DNA from: Hemiscyllium ocellatum
Lineage: Eukaryota
Direction of reading: 5' to 3'
Length of the DNA stretch: 64,000 nt
Assembly: GCF_020745735.1 (NCBI RefSeq)
Contig: NC_083412.1
Span: 66,740,320 to 66,804,319 of the forward strand
The notes beneath the pieces are model-generated. The model worked only from the letters and a program-made list of their open reading frames with translations. It did no database searches and was not told the origin of the DNA. Position numbers and translations under genes: made by a program. This document shows, in pieces, positions 1 to 12,910 of the stretch (positions within the stretch are counted from its first letter, which is position 1; each line of letters opens with the position of its first letter).

Positions 1-1115
1 CAGAGAAAGGATTTGGCCACGGTGCTTGTACAATTTAAAGATAGGATTCTCACACTAATAGCCCCTGATGCGGACATTGGAGCACCATTTGTGTTTATCT
101 TCTTAATCTCTAGGGCTGGGGTGGAAGTGTGAGTGGTGTGTGGAAATATCACCAAACCTTTATAAAGAAGCAAAAACACAAAAACTGCTTCTTGCTTTTT
201 TATTCACAGGATGTGGGTATTACTTGCTAAGACTGCATTAATTGCTTATACTTAAATACCCTCAAGAAGTTGATGGTGAGCAGCCTTCTTGAACCAATGC
301 CATCCATTTTGTGTAGTTACACTCAGCATCACTGAATGAATACCATTGTGTGTGTCTTTCCTATATTTCCCTTTTCTTTGGTATGGCTGAGAGAATGATT
401 GTATACTTTCTTTAATTTGTCACTTCTATTCAGATTTGTTTTTTAAGAAATAAGATAGTTTTTTTTGCCAAGGACACGTCATTATGGCCTGAGGGCATAG
501 ACAGAAACCCCAAGGAAAACTGTTCTCTATTTTCAGATTAACAATTAAATTAAAAATGGACAGGCTTGCTGGACTCTAAAAATGGCCAAAAGTAACCACG
601 TGATCAGATTTTCAGTAGCTTCTGAACCCCATGCATTGTATAGATTAGCCCAGGCTGACACAAAGGACACGGAGACAAGTCATCTGTTTGCAGCAGGTCT
701 GGACAAAGGAAACCATCAAGGCCAATTATGCAATAATGAGCATTAGTACTTTTACAGTTACCTCATCACCTTGCAATGGAAATCCTAATGAGGGAGACAG
801 AAATACACTATTAGCTTGATGACCTTCCAGTTAGCCAACTGAGAAACTTGGCCTTGTCTCAACAAAAATCAGAAAATTGCTTGCATGTGTAGTTCTGGAA
901 TTCTAAGTCAGTTGCCTTGGCAGCACAAGATGAGCAACTGCAGGCCTTATCAGCTAGAAGGGCTGTTGTTTATCTCTTTCTCTGTATCACAAAACTCACA
1001 TCATGAGGAAGATCATCTGCTTTCCAGCTGCCAGGAAAGTAATTCACTACACAATCAGCCAATTTACATGGGATTCCAACCCATGTAAATTAATGCCATG
1101 TGTTTACTTGTTTTT

Positions 1116-1432
1116 TTAGATTAGATTAGATTACTTACAGTGTGGAAACAGGCCCTTCGGCCCAACAAGTCCACACTGACCCGCCGAAGCGCAACCCACC
1201 CATACCCCTACATTTACCCCTTACCTAACACTACGGGCAATTTTAGATGGCCAATTCACCTGACCTGCACATCTTTGGACTGTGGGAGGAAACCGGAGCA
1301 CCCAGAGGAAACCCACGCAGACACGGGGAGAACGTGTAAACTCCACACAGTCAGTCGCCTGAGTCGGGAATTGAACCCGGGTCTCAGGTGCTGTGAGGCA
1401 GCAGTGCTAACCACTGTGCCACCGTGCCGCCC
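1116..1432 (-). mobile_element. HE1-type tRNA-derived shark SINE, full length and young
   Basis: The reverse complement starts GGGCGGCACGGTGGCACAGTGGTTAGCACTGCTGCC (A box), has a GGGTTCAATTCCC B box, and ends with a CR1-like tail gggcctgtttccacactgtaagt(aatct)n. Confidence 0.9.
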
Positions 1433-2009
1433 CTTCACATTGAAGTTCATAAATTCACAATTCCTTCCTTTTTTTTATTGTGCATGTTTAAACATGTGAA
1501 TGATAGGGCAATTCAATTCCTCTTCATTTTGAATGTCTTGTTAATGACCCCACCTTTTGATTTCACCTGAAAGCATTTTTCTATGAATTTATTTTTAAAA
1601 TTGAAACTCAAGAAAATAGGATTTTGGAAAGCCCTTTTGATCGACCTCAGAAAGGCAGGACTAAAAAGGGAGAGGAGTAAAACAAACAATGCCTCACTTG
1701 GGCTTAACAATAGAACAGTAATCATTTTAACTTCACCCCCCATTCTCTCTGTGCCTGTGACAAAGGACTGGACTGATATCTGAAAATGACTTGGTGCATG
1801 GTAGGGTACAGGGTGCAAAGGTTTGGATGCGCTCAACTTTATGTAGGGCAAAAGATGGCTGGCTGACTACGAATTTGATGTCTCATTTATTTATAATATT
1901 GGGACTTCAAAACAGAGGCACTTGGGTGTTTTTTTTCTATGGGCGTTTTGTTCCGTAGCCCTGTTCCCTGTTGTAATAATAGCAAATTACTATTGATGCT
2001 GGAGAAAGA

Positions 2010-2330
2010 GAGAAAAATAGAAAGTGCTGGAGAAACAGGTCTGTGGAGAGCGAAACAGAGTTAAAGTTTTGAGTCCGATGATTCTTCAGACCTGAAGGGG
2101 GCTGAGGCATGTTTTTGACAAAAGATGTAGAGGAACAAATGGAGCAGAGAATGAAGTCCCTGACAAAGTCAGTATGATAGTAAAGGTGTAAAGTAGGTAT
2201 AAATAGGTGCTAATGACTGGTGTGAAAAGTAGAAATAGATTAAGTAGCAATTTGTTTTGGACTCTGTAACAATGCACAACTTCGGAAGCAGCAGGGTCTA
2301 GGTAGCGTCTCCCCTGACCCCTCCACATTG
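2010..2330 (-). mobile_element. Penelope-like element 3' fragment
   Basis: Begins with the tgctggagaaa...ctgtggagag..aacagagttaa..ttt..agtc end motif shared with other copies in the window, followed by GA-rich PLE-type sequence; degenerate. Confidence 0.45.
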
Positions 2331-3199
2331 AATGGATGAACTGTGATAGGAAGGTTAAATTGTCTGATTAAACAACACTCTTCATTTCAGAGCAGCGCAG
2401 TTGGATAGCAGGCTGCTGTCTCCCAAGACTTTCAAGATCCAATATCTGCCATCAAAACACGCAGGTTGCTGAGCAATAAAATTATAAATTCAATGGATAT
2501 GAGAGGAGATGACCTACTGTTTATTTGGGCAGTAGTATATACCAGCCATCTAGTCTTCATCCTCAGGGCACCACATAATGCACCTCTCTTGGGATGACCA
2601 CAATAGCCAGTGCTGGTAACTGACAACTTTAAGTGAAATTTTGTAACTGAACAAATCTTCCTTAGATCATATACAGGTCCATATAACACAGATTTGAACT
2701 GTAAAAATTACATAAACCACTGAAAGTACAGAATTCTTTGATTTTGCAACACTAGTAGTTTAATTACTCAGGTAAAATTATCAGTGTTAAAGATTGGTTG
2801 ATTGACTGAGCCCTGGAAGCACTCAAAATTTGAGTTTGTAAAGAACATGGCTATTTCTGATGTATATCTAGCTTTCTGCTTTGACTGAGGTTTCAAGAAA
2901 TCTATGGTATCTTTCTGATACTTTAATCACCAAATGGCATCACTGGGTTTGCAAATCACGAGAAAACAAAATGGTAAGATAAGTAGTTATAATGGCACAA
3001 TGAATCCAGTTCAGAAGATACACGACACTATGTTTTTTTCAACAGGTTTATGTAAAATCACCAGCTTGAGGAGCACTGTTCCTTCATCAGATGAAGTCAC
3101 TTCACCTGACAAAGAAGTGGCGCTTTGAAAACTTATGATTTCACATAAACATGTTGGACTGTAAGCTGCTGTTTTGTGACTTCTGACCATGTCCACCCT

Positions 3200-3720
3200 A
3201 GTCCAACAATGGCACCACCACACAATGAATCGAAAGAGTGAAACCTATAAGGTTAAATGAGTGGGCAAAAACTTGGAAAGATGACATAAAGTATGGTAAA
3301 ACGTGAAGTTATGTACTTTGGCAGGAAGAATAGAAGAATTGAATATTATTAAAGTGGTGAAAGACTGCAGAAGGTTTCAGTGGAGAGAGATTTATTAGTT
3401 CTTGTGCATTATACTCAAAAAGCTAGCATCCAAGTTCAGCAGGTTATAGGGAAGGCAAATGGACTGTCAGCCTTTATTTCAAAGAGAATGAAGCACAAAA
3501 ATGGGGAAGATTTGCAAAATCCATACGAAGCACTGTACAGAACGCAGCTGGAATATTCTGAACATTTTTAATCCCCTTATTTAGGGAAAGACACATTGGC
3601 ATTGAAGATTATCCAAAGAATGTTCATAAGATTGATTCCAGGTATGGAAGGAGTTCCTGATGAGGAGAGCATGAGTAGTTTGGGCCTGTCCTCAATGGAG
3701 TATAAAAGTTTAAAAGTGTT
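3200..3720 (+). mobile_element. CR1 LINE fragment (RT C-terminal part)
   Basis: Translated ORF pieces match the C-terminal part of CR1 ORF2 (QVQQVIGKANGLSAFISK; IQRMFIRLIPGMEG). Confidence 0.75.
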
Positions 3721-4220
3721 AAAACATATAAGATTTTACCTGTTGTGTGACCATCAAGGATTTTTCCAAAGGCCCTCTGTTGCTCTACACCTCTCAATAT
3801 TTGTCACTTATTCCTTTGCCTCATTCCCGTTCCCATGGGCATTACCTCACACTTGTGCGGGTTGAATGCACTTGCCACTTATCTGCCTGCCTGGCTCGAC
3901 TTCTGGTATCTTTCTGCAATCTACAGATTTCACTGACAACCAATTTTTGTGTTGTCTGCCAATTTTTTTAACTATGCTGCCTATATTTAAGTCTAATACT
4001 GAGTCCAGTGGAACTCACTGGAAAAAACCTTGCAGTTGCACAAACACTCATCAAATATTTGTTTCCTGCCACTCTGACAATGTATGCTAAAAGGCACATA
4101 GATTGCATTAACCACATTACCTATATCCACCCTTGTTATCACTTCCCTCTGAAAAGTTCAGTTTCTTTAGTCCAACTCAGTTTTCCCTAATCTAATCCAT
4201 AGCTTCTGAAACCGTGATTT
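3720..4220 (-). mobile_element. CR1 LINE fragment
   Basis: Antisense CR1 ORF2-like sequence, abutting the previous fragment tail-to-tail. Confidence 0.55.
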
Positions 4221-5089
4221 ATCCTGCTAATAATTTTAACATGTTTCACAATTCCAATTAATTCCTGAAGCACATTCCTGGGAAGACAACTTGTTACAGA
4301 CCGATAGATTCAGAACAAATTAACAAGGTTATAGCAGCTAAAAGAATGTATTAAAAGTGAGTTCAGAGTATGGTTAATCCATGCCAAGTTAATGAGTAAT
4401 ATATAACTATTCTCCAGGACTTGTCTCCTAACCCTTTGATATGTATGGAGGTTCTCCACCAGCATATAATATTAAAGTCAGGCATTGTCTCCAAAGTACC
4501 TTCGGACTTTGCGGTTCTGAAGTGTTAACAAAACAGAAAATATGTCAACAAATTGAGAAACTGATTCAAACCCATCATTTCCTTCAGTGAATTGAACAGC
4601 TTATATAAAATGCATTGAGTGAGGAGGCTGTCTATTAACATAGATTTTTTATTCAATCAGAATGTCACCAGATTTTCCAATTTAATGTCATACCCATGAG
4701 TCTCCCTGGCATCCCGCAACTCAGAAATAAGGAAAGGCTTTAGAGGCAATTGAGAAGCTGCTTTGGATTCATGGAAATACTATCATAAATACTCAATATT
4801 GACAGCTGTTTGTAGGAGAGAGTCTGTTCACGTACTTTTGCTGAAAGGGTAATTTTGATACTTTGGAGGTTTGTGAATCACATTAGGAGGGAAATGCTGA
4901 CCATGTCAGTTTGGAACTCATGTGAGAATCTCCAGCACCAGCAACATCCTAACATTTAGAAATGTGTAGTTGGCCAGTACAGAGAGGATAGCAGAATGGG
5001 AATATACTTTCAAGGCAGGATGGCGTGTGCCTAGGAAAGGAAGTTGCAGGTGGTAGTATTTCATGCATTTGTAGCTCTTGTCCTTCTCA

Positions 5090-5900
5090 ATGGTACAGGT
5101 TAAACCATAAGATTTGGGAGCAGATGTAGGCTATTTCGCCCACTGAATTGACTCTGGCATTTAATGACGTTATATCTGATTGACAATAGAAAAGCACAGA
5201 AAAATAGAAAATAAAGCAGGAGTAGGCCATTCAACCCTTCATCATTCATTACAATCACAGCTAATCTAACTCAATAATAGGTTCCCACTTTACCCCAATA
5301 TTCTTGGATCCCTTTAGCCCCAAGTGTTATGTCCAACTCCTTTAAATTATTCAGTATTTTGGCATTGAGTGTTCTCTATGATAGCGAATTCCACAATTCA
5401 CTACTCTTTGACTAAAGAAATTTCTCTTCATCTCAGTCTTAAATGGATCACCTCATATTTTTGACTGTTACCACTGGTTCTGGACTCGTCAGTAATGGGC
5501 AACATCCCTCCTGCATCGACACTGTCTCGTCCTGTCAGAATTTTATATGTTTCTATGAGATTCTCTTCTTTCTCTAAACTCCAGCTAAATCACTCAACCT
5601 CAGCTCTTATGTCAGTCTTGCCATCCAAGAATCAGGTATGGGACTGGTAAACTGGTAATCTTTTCCCCTTTCCTGGTTTCTCATCATAACTCTTAATTCT
5701 CTTACTAATCAAAGGTATGTCAATCTCAGTCTTGAGTATACTGAAAGATCCAGCCTCTATTGCCTTCTGCAGTAAAAACTTTCACAGATTCACTACTCTC
5801 TGAGTGAAAACTATCATCCTGATCTGTGCCGTAAATAGGTAACTCCTTTCTTTGAGATTATGCCCTCTCATCCTAGACCCTTCTACAAGGGGAAATAAGC
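5090..5900 (-). mobile_element. CR1 LINE 3' fragments
   Basis: Antisense CR1 3' sequence (gagtaggccattc..ccc, ttcacagattcactactctctgagtgaa) with a tail-like atagaaa repeat. Confidence 0.7.
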
Positions 5901-5924
5901 TTTCAGCATCTACCCTCTCATCAT

Positions 5925-7025
5925 TTATATAAATGATTTGGATGGGAACATAGGAGGTATAGTGAGTAAGTTTGCAGATGGCACCAAAATTGGAGGTGTA
6001 CTGGACAGCGAAGAAGGTTACCTCAGAGTACAATGGGATCTTGATCAATTGGGCCAATGGCTGAGGAGTGGCAGATGGAATTTAATTTAGATAAATGCAA
6101 GGTGCAGCATTTTGGAAAAGCAAATCAGAGCAGGACTTATACATTTAATGGTAAGGTCCTGGGGCATATTGCAGAACAAAGAGATCTTGGAGTGTAGGTT
6201 CATAGTTCCTTGAAAGTAGAGTCGCAGGTAGAGTCATAGAGATGTACAGCATGGAAACAGACCCTTCAGTCCAACCCGTCCATGCTGACCAGATATCCCA
6301 ATCCAATCTAGTCCCACCTGCCAGCACCCAGCCCATATCCCTCCAAACTCTTCCTATTCATATCTTGGTAGATAGGATAGTGAAGAAGGTGTTTGGTATG
6401 CTCTCGTTTATTGGTCAGAGCACTGAGTATAGGAGTTGGGAGGTCATGTTGCAGGTCTACAGGACATTTCTTAGACCACTTTTGGAATATTGCATGTAAA
6501 TCTGGTCTCCGTCCTATCAGAAGGATGTTGTGAAACTTGAAAGGATTCAGAAAAGATTTACAAGGCTGTTGCCAGGGTTGGAGGGTTTGAGCTACAGGGA
6601 GAGGCTGAATAGGCTGGAGCTATTTTCTCGGAGTGTTGGAGGCTGGGGGGTCACCTTATAGAGGTTTATAATATCATGACGGGCACGGATAGGATAAATA
6701 GATGAGGTATTTTCCTTGGGGAGTCCAGAACTGGACGGCATAGGTTTAGGGTGAGAGGGGAAAGGTATTAAAGGGACCTAAGGGGCAACGTTTTCATGCA
6801 GAGGGTGGTAAGTGTATGAAATGAGCTGCCAGAGGAAGTGGTGGAGGCTGGTCTAATTGCAGCATTTAAAAGGCATCTGAATGGGTATATGAATATGAAG
6901 GATTTAGAGGGATATGGACCAAGTACTGACAAATGGGACTAAATTAGATTGGGATATCTGATCAGCATGGACGAGTTGAACTGAAGGGTTTGTTTCTGTG
7001 CTGTACGCCTCTATGACTCTAACTC
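5925..7025 (+). mobile_element. CR1 LINE 3' part, interrupted by an inverted CR1 tail fragment (about 6233-6366, GGTAGA duplication)
   Basis: RT motif SKFADGTKIG, C-terminal ORF2 region and 3' tail ctatgactcta. The inserted piece is the reverse complement of the same tail. Confidence 0.85.
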
Positions 7026-7330
7026 CACTAAGTATCTTGTATGTTTTAATAAGGTTGCCTTTCATTCTTTTAACATTCCAATCAGGAGAGCCCAACTTTC
7101 TCAATCTCTCCTCATGAGAAAACCCTTCCATGCCTAGGATTCACTTCATGAACCTTTTCCAGATTGCTTGTAATGCTAGTATATCTTTCCTTAAATAAGA
7201 AAAGCTAAACTATTCATAATATTCCAGCTTTAGCAGTTTTCCCTATTTTAGACTCCATTCCTTTTGAAATAATGGCCAATATTCCATTTGTCGCCTCTAT
7301 TTTCTTCTGAACTTAGGTATCTGTCTAGGG

Positions 7331-7560
7331 TTTGCACACTCTCCCTGTCTTTGTGTGGGTTTCCTCTGGGTGCTCCGTTTTTTTTTCCACAATCCAAAGA
7401 TGTGCAGGTAAGGTGAATTGGATATGCTAAATTGCCCATAGTGTTCAGGGATAATGTGAGTTAGGTGCATTACTCAGGGGTAAACGTAGAGTAATAGGCT
7501 AGGGGGTTGGGTCTGGGTAGGATACTCTTTGGTGGGTCAGTGTAGGGATTCTATGATATG
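7331..7560 (+). mobile_element. HE1-type SINE, 5' truncated
   Basis: Matches the body and tail of the intact copy at 1116-1432. Confidence 0.75.
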
Positions 7561-8149
7561 AAATATTACAGGCAAGGAGGAATATTGAAATTTATTACTT
7601 TTTGCGAATGATGTTTCATTCATTATTGAAGTCAGTATCATGTCGTAGGTAAGTCATTACTATTTATCTGTGTCTTCAATGGGAGCTCCCTGATCTCTGT
7701 GTGGGTAATGGATGGAGTGCAATAGATAAAAGAGATGATGAGGTATAGTCATGTTTCTTATACAATATTATGTAAATCTCTCTGAACACTAATTTAAAAC
7801 AAACCTCTCATCATTATAAACATGTTCTGATGTTTGATGCTTTCTACCGGAACCACTTGGTCTACTCCTGTCCCTATTTCTTAAATTGTTTCATTCTATA
7901 CACCACCACAGTTTCCCTTTCATCAGCAGTCCCACACATCCTTTTTCTTCTGTTACTGATCACCACAAATGCTGTTTGGCCACAGTGTAACATTTTCCAC
8001 CACAAAGTAAAGACTTTACACCAAATTTGTGAATAAAACAATGCCATATTTCAATCAAATGTGCATCACGCCTTTATACTTTCACTTGTGCATTATTGTC
8101 TGTTCTTGTACTTCTGCACTGTACAATACCAGTGATGTAGTGTGGCTGA

Positions 8150-8750
8150 TAGAACCTACTGATTTTCACTAAGAGAGACTGCAGATGGCCTCAAACTGCT
8201 CTGACTCCAGAAGGCCCAGGTCCAAGAACTGGATATGTTGGCATGATTGGCAGTAATCTGCACTGCTGATTAACATGCACCAGTCAGGGAACTGGTGGAA
8301 TGGACCACCCTGACAGTAGCCAAGAGGTTTGTAGTCCGCAGGGTCACTCCTACACATGGACCAGTACCTCAATAATCATTGCCAGACTATTGCACTGCAT
8401 TGACACCCTGCAAGCTCCTTTGAAGACTGGTACTCTTGGCTACAGTAACAGTGATCTGATATTGCACAACTCCTATTGCAGACTGAGCTTGCAATGCAAT
8501 ATTCGGACATTGGGCAGATTCTGTCTGCGCTGCAAAGACAGCTGACATATCAAATATCAGATGATGAAATATGGTTAGCTTTGTAAATATGCAAAAAGCC
8601 ACTGTTTCCGTTACAGAAAGCAAGGACTTCAAACCAGAGACAAAGTTCACTGTCAAGTTACTCTAACGCTCATTGACATAGGCTTTGACAAGCCTGTAAG
8701 ATCAAACATTTCATTACGTGAACTCATCAGCCTGCTTCTCTACTCCATTC
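8150..8750 (+). mobile_element. Highly degenerate Rex1/Babar-like LINE RT fragment
   Basis: The stretch at about 8361-8434 translates PVPQ*SLPDYCTALTPCKLL*RLVL, resembling the Rex/Babar motif DYRPxALTxxxMKCFERLVL; many stops. Confidence 0.4.
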
Positions 8751-8999
8751 TATTTGAGTTTTTCACAGAGAAATACGTGCAGTCTCATCCTGGCTTGTTC
8801 CGTGGTCTCCTGTCTGTAAGTTGTTTTCTGAACTCTAGCCAAGGTTTCCATTTTTGCAGAGTTAGAGCAACTTTGGAACACTTTAAAGTTGGTGGATGGG
8901 ACCCAGTTTCAGGATTCCTTAGTCCATCTAATTTCTACGGTAATATGTAATTAGCAATATAAATTACTTGAAGTTCCTTTCACTAGAGCTTTGATTTCC

Positions 9000-9850
9000 T
9001 GTTATAGATTCACGGAATAATAAAGGTCTGCAGAACAGAAAAAGACCCTTCATCCCATTGAGTTTGCACTGGTCAAAAACATATACCTAACTATTCTAAT
9101 TCCACTTTCCAGCATTTAGCTCATAGTATTGTTGGCTGTGGTATCACAAGTGCACATCTAAGTACTTCTTAAATGTCGATGAGAGTTTCTGCCTCTGTAG
9201 ACAGTGAGTCCCAGATTCCCACCAACCTCTGGGTGATAGGAATTTTCCACACAATTCCACGAAACCTCCTTCTCCTTACCTTAAATCTCTGCTCCTGGTC
9301 ATTGATCCCTCTGTCAATGGGAAAAAAATCTCTTCCTGTCTACCTTATTTATGCTTCACATAATTTTATACATCTCAATTATATCCCACTCAGTCTCCTC
9401 TGTTCCAAAGAAAACAACCCCAATCTTTCCAACTCCTCTTCATAACTGAAACTCTTCAACTCAGGCAACACATTGGTAAATCTCCTCTGCATCCTCTCTC
9501 ATGTAATCACATCCTTTCTAAAATGTGGATTCCAGTATTATGTGCACATAATATTCTAGCTGTGGGTAAAATGTGGAACTGGAGAAAGGATAGCAGGTCA
9601 AGCAGCATCAGAGGCGCAAGAGAGTCGATGTTTTAGGCAGGATTGATGAAGGGTCCTGCCCGAAACATCGATGCTCCTGCTCCTCTGATACTGCTTGACC
9701 TGCTGTGCTTTTTCCAGTTCCACATTTTATCAACTCAGGCTTTCCAGCATCTGCAGTCCTCACTATCTCCAATACTCTAGCTGTGGCCTAACCGAAGCTT
9801 TATACAGTTCCATCATTACTTTCCTGCTCTTAAACTCAATGCCTCAGCTA
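9000..9850 (-). mobile_element. CR1 LINE 3' fragment carrying a nested fold-back Penelope insertion
   Basis: Antisense CR1 3' sequence resumes after the insertion with a duplicated target site. Confidence 0.7.
9566..9772. mobile_element. Fold-back (inverted) Penelope-like end fragment with 14-bp TSD
   Basis: Inverted arms aaaatgtggaactgga...gcaggtcaagcagcatcagagg / cctctgatactgcttgacctgc...ccagttccacatttt. Flanks TATTCTAGCTGTGG (9552-9565) and TACTCTAGCTGTGG (9773-9786). Confidence 0.75.
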
Positions 9851-10872
9851 ATAAAGATAAGACAATCATATGCCTTCTATTTCTGGTATGCTTTTCACGT
9901 TTTCTATTGCAAAGAGAGATATAAAATATTTACTTATGCCTCCACAACTGCTTGTTCTTGATTATATTTTCTCCTGTCTCAGCCTTGAGGGGACAATTTA
10001 CTTCTGTTTCTCTCACTTTACTTACTTAGCCATTGAAATTCTTACACTCTATATTTCTTGCTAGTGTACTTTTTAAAATTCTATACATCCCTTATAACTA
10101 CATAATTAGTTTTATGATTAAAAAAAATAACACTCTAGATTCAGATTTAAGAATATTATTTTGAACTCACCCTATTATTTCATTATGATCACTCTTCCCT
10201 AGTGGATTCTTTAGTGCAAGATTATTAATTGCCATTGTCTCACTATATATGAAAAGATCTAAAATAGCTTGATTCTTGGTTAGTTCCATGACTTGATCTT
10301 CTAGGAACCTGGTTTAAGTGCATTCATATGATCTTGTCCTCTAAACTATTATTCTCAATTCTTTTCTCCTGTGTATACAAAGATTAAAATCTCCCAGATT
10401 ATTTAATTATTTTGCTACAAACAACTATTTAATTAATACTTAGTTATATAGTTCAGCTACCTTTGGAATTTCTATAAATAATATTCACCAGTGTTTACTG
10501 CTACTTGTTATTGCTTAATTCAGCCCATAACATTTCTACTTCCCAATCTTTAAGCCAAGATCCTTCCTCCCTATTGTCCTAAAACACAAATACTTGGAAT
10601 TACATCCTCATTTTCCATGTTGTCTGTCCTTTTGGGATATTAAGTAATCCAGAATATTTAGCTCCCCAATCTTCGTCACTATACACCCCCACAGCTCTGT
10701 AAAGGCTATTAAACCAAACCTATTTCTCTCCATTAATTGACTTATCCTGATATAAACGCATTCAGATAAAACACCTTGTAATATTAACATTTTACCATTT
10801 GTTCCTAATTTGATCTTGTTCACTGCTGCAATACCATTATTGAATTCTCTGTTCTTATCTTTTCTTATCTTT

Positions 10873-11112
10873 ATAGAATCATAGAACCCCACAGTGTGGA
10901 AACAGGTCCTTCGGCTCAACTAGTCCACATTGACCTTCCAAAGAGTAACCCACCCAGACCCATTCTCCTGCCCTATATTTACCCCTGACTAATGTACCTA
11001 ACGTACACATCCCTGAACATTATAGGCAGTTTAGCACAGCAAATTCACCTAACCTGCACAGCTTTGGGTTGTGGGAGGAAACCGGAGCACCCGGAGGAAA
11101 GCTACACAGACT
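10873..11112 (-). mobile_element. HE1-type SINE, partial
   Basis: Antisense SINE tail and body. Confidence 0.8.
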
Positions 11113-12317
11113 TGTATCTATATGACCTCGACATTTCTTTCTGATTTATAAATGTCCTGCCACCCAAACCCTCCACCCCTTTTTAAAAATGTAAAGCCCT
11201 ACTAACATCCCTGGTTATTAATTTGCTGGGGTATTAGTCCCAGCTTTATTTAAGTGGAATCTGTCCAAGCAGATTGTTTACCCTTTCCAAACTATGGTTG
11301 CTTCTGTGTCTTGAATCACTGTTTGACATACTACTCGATCATAAACTCCCTAAGGAAAACTTCGTTCCTCACTGTACCAATATTGTTGGTTCCATCACTG
11401 TTCCTCACAGAATGGATGCAACACAACTCAAAGGAGTTTGGTTTTGAGATGGCGAATCAGTCATGAGTGGATTTCATGAGCCAAATTGCCCATTCCTGCT
11501 ATTACTTTCTATGTTTCTATGATTTTTCTTGGTAGCGCATCAAGAAAGGCATTATCAAAACAAGTTGCATTCTTTGTCATTTTTACTGCTGTAGAATGGT
11601 TGGTAAAACCATAATTAAAATGCGAAAGAACTAGATGAGTTAATAAAGTTGCCATATACCAGTGGAGTGGGATGGTGGACTAAAACATCATGGGTTGGTA
11701 TAGTGGCAGCATTCTGAGAAAGGCCAAGAGATCAGTGCTCCACAAGGTCACAGATACCTTGAACTTCCTTTCGGAATTTTCCCATGAAATCAGGCTCTCC
11801 CTGCTCCCGACACATCTGTACTGAAAGACTCATGTCGAGAATGAATCTTCCTTGTGGATTTCTGGATGGAAATGAGAAGTCAATCTTGACTGTAGTTGCA
11901 CAAATGGCTCCTGGCCTGATAGATTCTCCAGTGTTGGTATTGGATTGTTGGCTTGGGCAGTTGGCCTCTCCTGTCTCTCTCACTGTTCTCTCTCAGAGAC
12001 GATCTTGTGGATTGATAAAACTTGGTGATATTATTGATGATGGATCATCATTTTGGTGCTTCCTGTGTATTGTTATTGATAGAGCAAGTTTTCATGGAGG
12101 CTTTCAGATTGTCATTTTTAATATTTCCTTTGGTTACCAGTGTGAATGTACTCCCTTTCGTAGCTGTGATAAGAACATTCATTTGGGCAGTGTTGAGTTG
12201 GGTATTTTGTTATGCCCTGTCCATCTAAGCTGTTTGAGATTATCATGGCATATATAATTGACTTACTTATGCTTTGGAAAACACTTATGTTTGTTCTTTT
12301 GTATTTCCTTTTGATTC

Positions 12318-12910
12318 ACCAGATCCCTGTGCAGCATAAATAATGCTCTAGGGTCTTGATTTGGACCTGTGTGGTTGGAGGGTGCCTTGGTCCAGGACCT
12401 CCCCACATACACTTGAATGCATTAAACAGCCCCGCGATTCTGTGGCCAACCACTTCAACTCCCTCTCCCAATCCGCCAAGGACATGCAAGTCCTGGGCCT
12501 CCTCCACCACCAAACTCTAGCCACCTGACGCCTGCAGGAAGAACGCCTCATCTTCCGTTGGGAAATCCTCCAACACCAGGGCATCAATGTGGATTTCACC
12601 AGGTTCCTCACTTCCCCTCCCCCCACCTTATCCCAGATGCAACCTTCCAACTTGCCATTGCCCCCTTGAACTGTCCTACCTGTCCATCTTCCTTCCCACC
12701 TATCCGCTCCACCCCCAATCTATCTCATTTATTCTCACCTTCATCTACCTATTGCATTCCGAGCTCCCTTCCTCACAGCCCCACTCCTTTCCATTTATCT
12801 CGCAGCCCCTCTTGGGCCACCCCCTCATTCCTGATGAAGGGCTTATGCTCAAAACATCGACTCTCCTGCTCCTCGGATGCTGCCTGACTGGCTGTGCTTT
12901 TTGAGCTAAT
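12318..12910 (+). mobile_element. Penelope-like element 3' end (GIY-YIG C-terminus + pseudo-LTR tail)
   Basis: Encodes the ..QEERLIFRWEILQHQGINVDFT.. motif typical of the PLE GIY-YIG C-terminus, then a C-rich stretch and the cctgatgaagggc...aaacatcga...ggatgctgcctgac tail. Confidence 0.75.

Noticed and set aside
1380-1432. tRNA gene
   Set aside because: The A/B boxes belong to the tRNA-derived head of an HE1 SINE; no cloverleaf or acceptor stem is present.
11784-12257. 157-aa + strand ORF in non-repeat-looking DNA
   Set aside because: No recognisable domain and no convincing splice context; the opposite-strand frames are interrupted by stops. Left unexplained.
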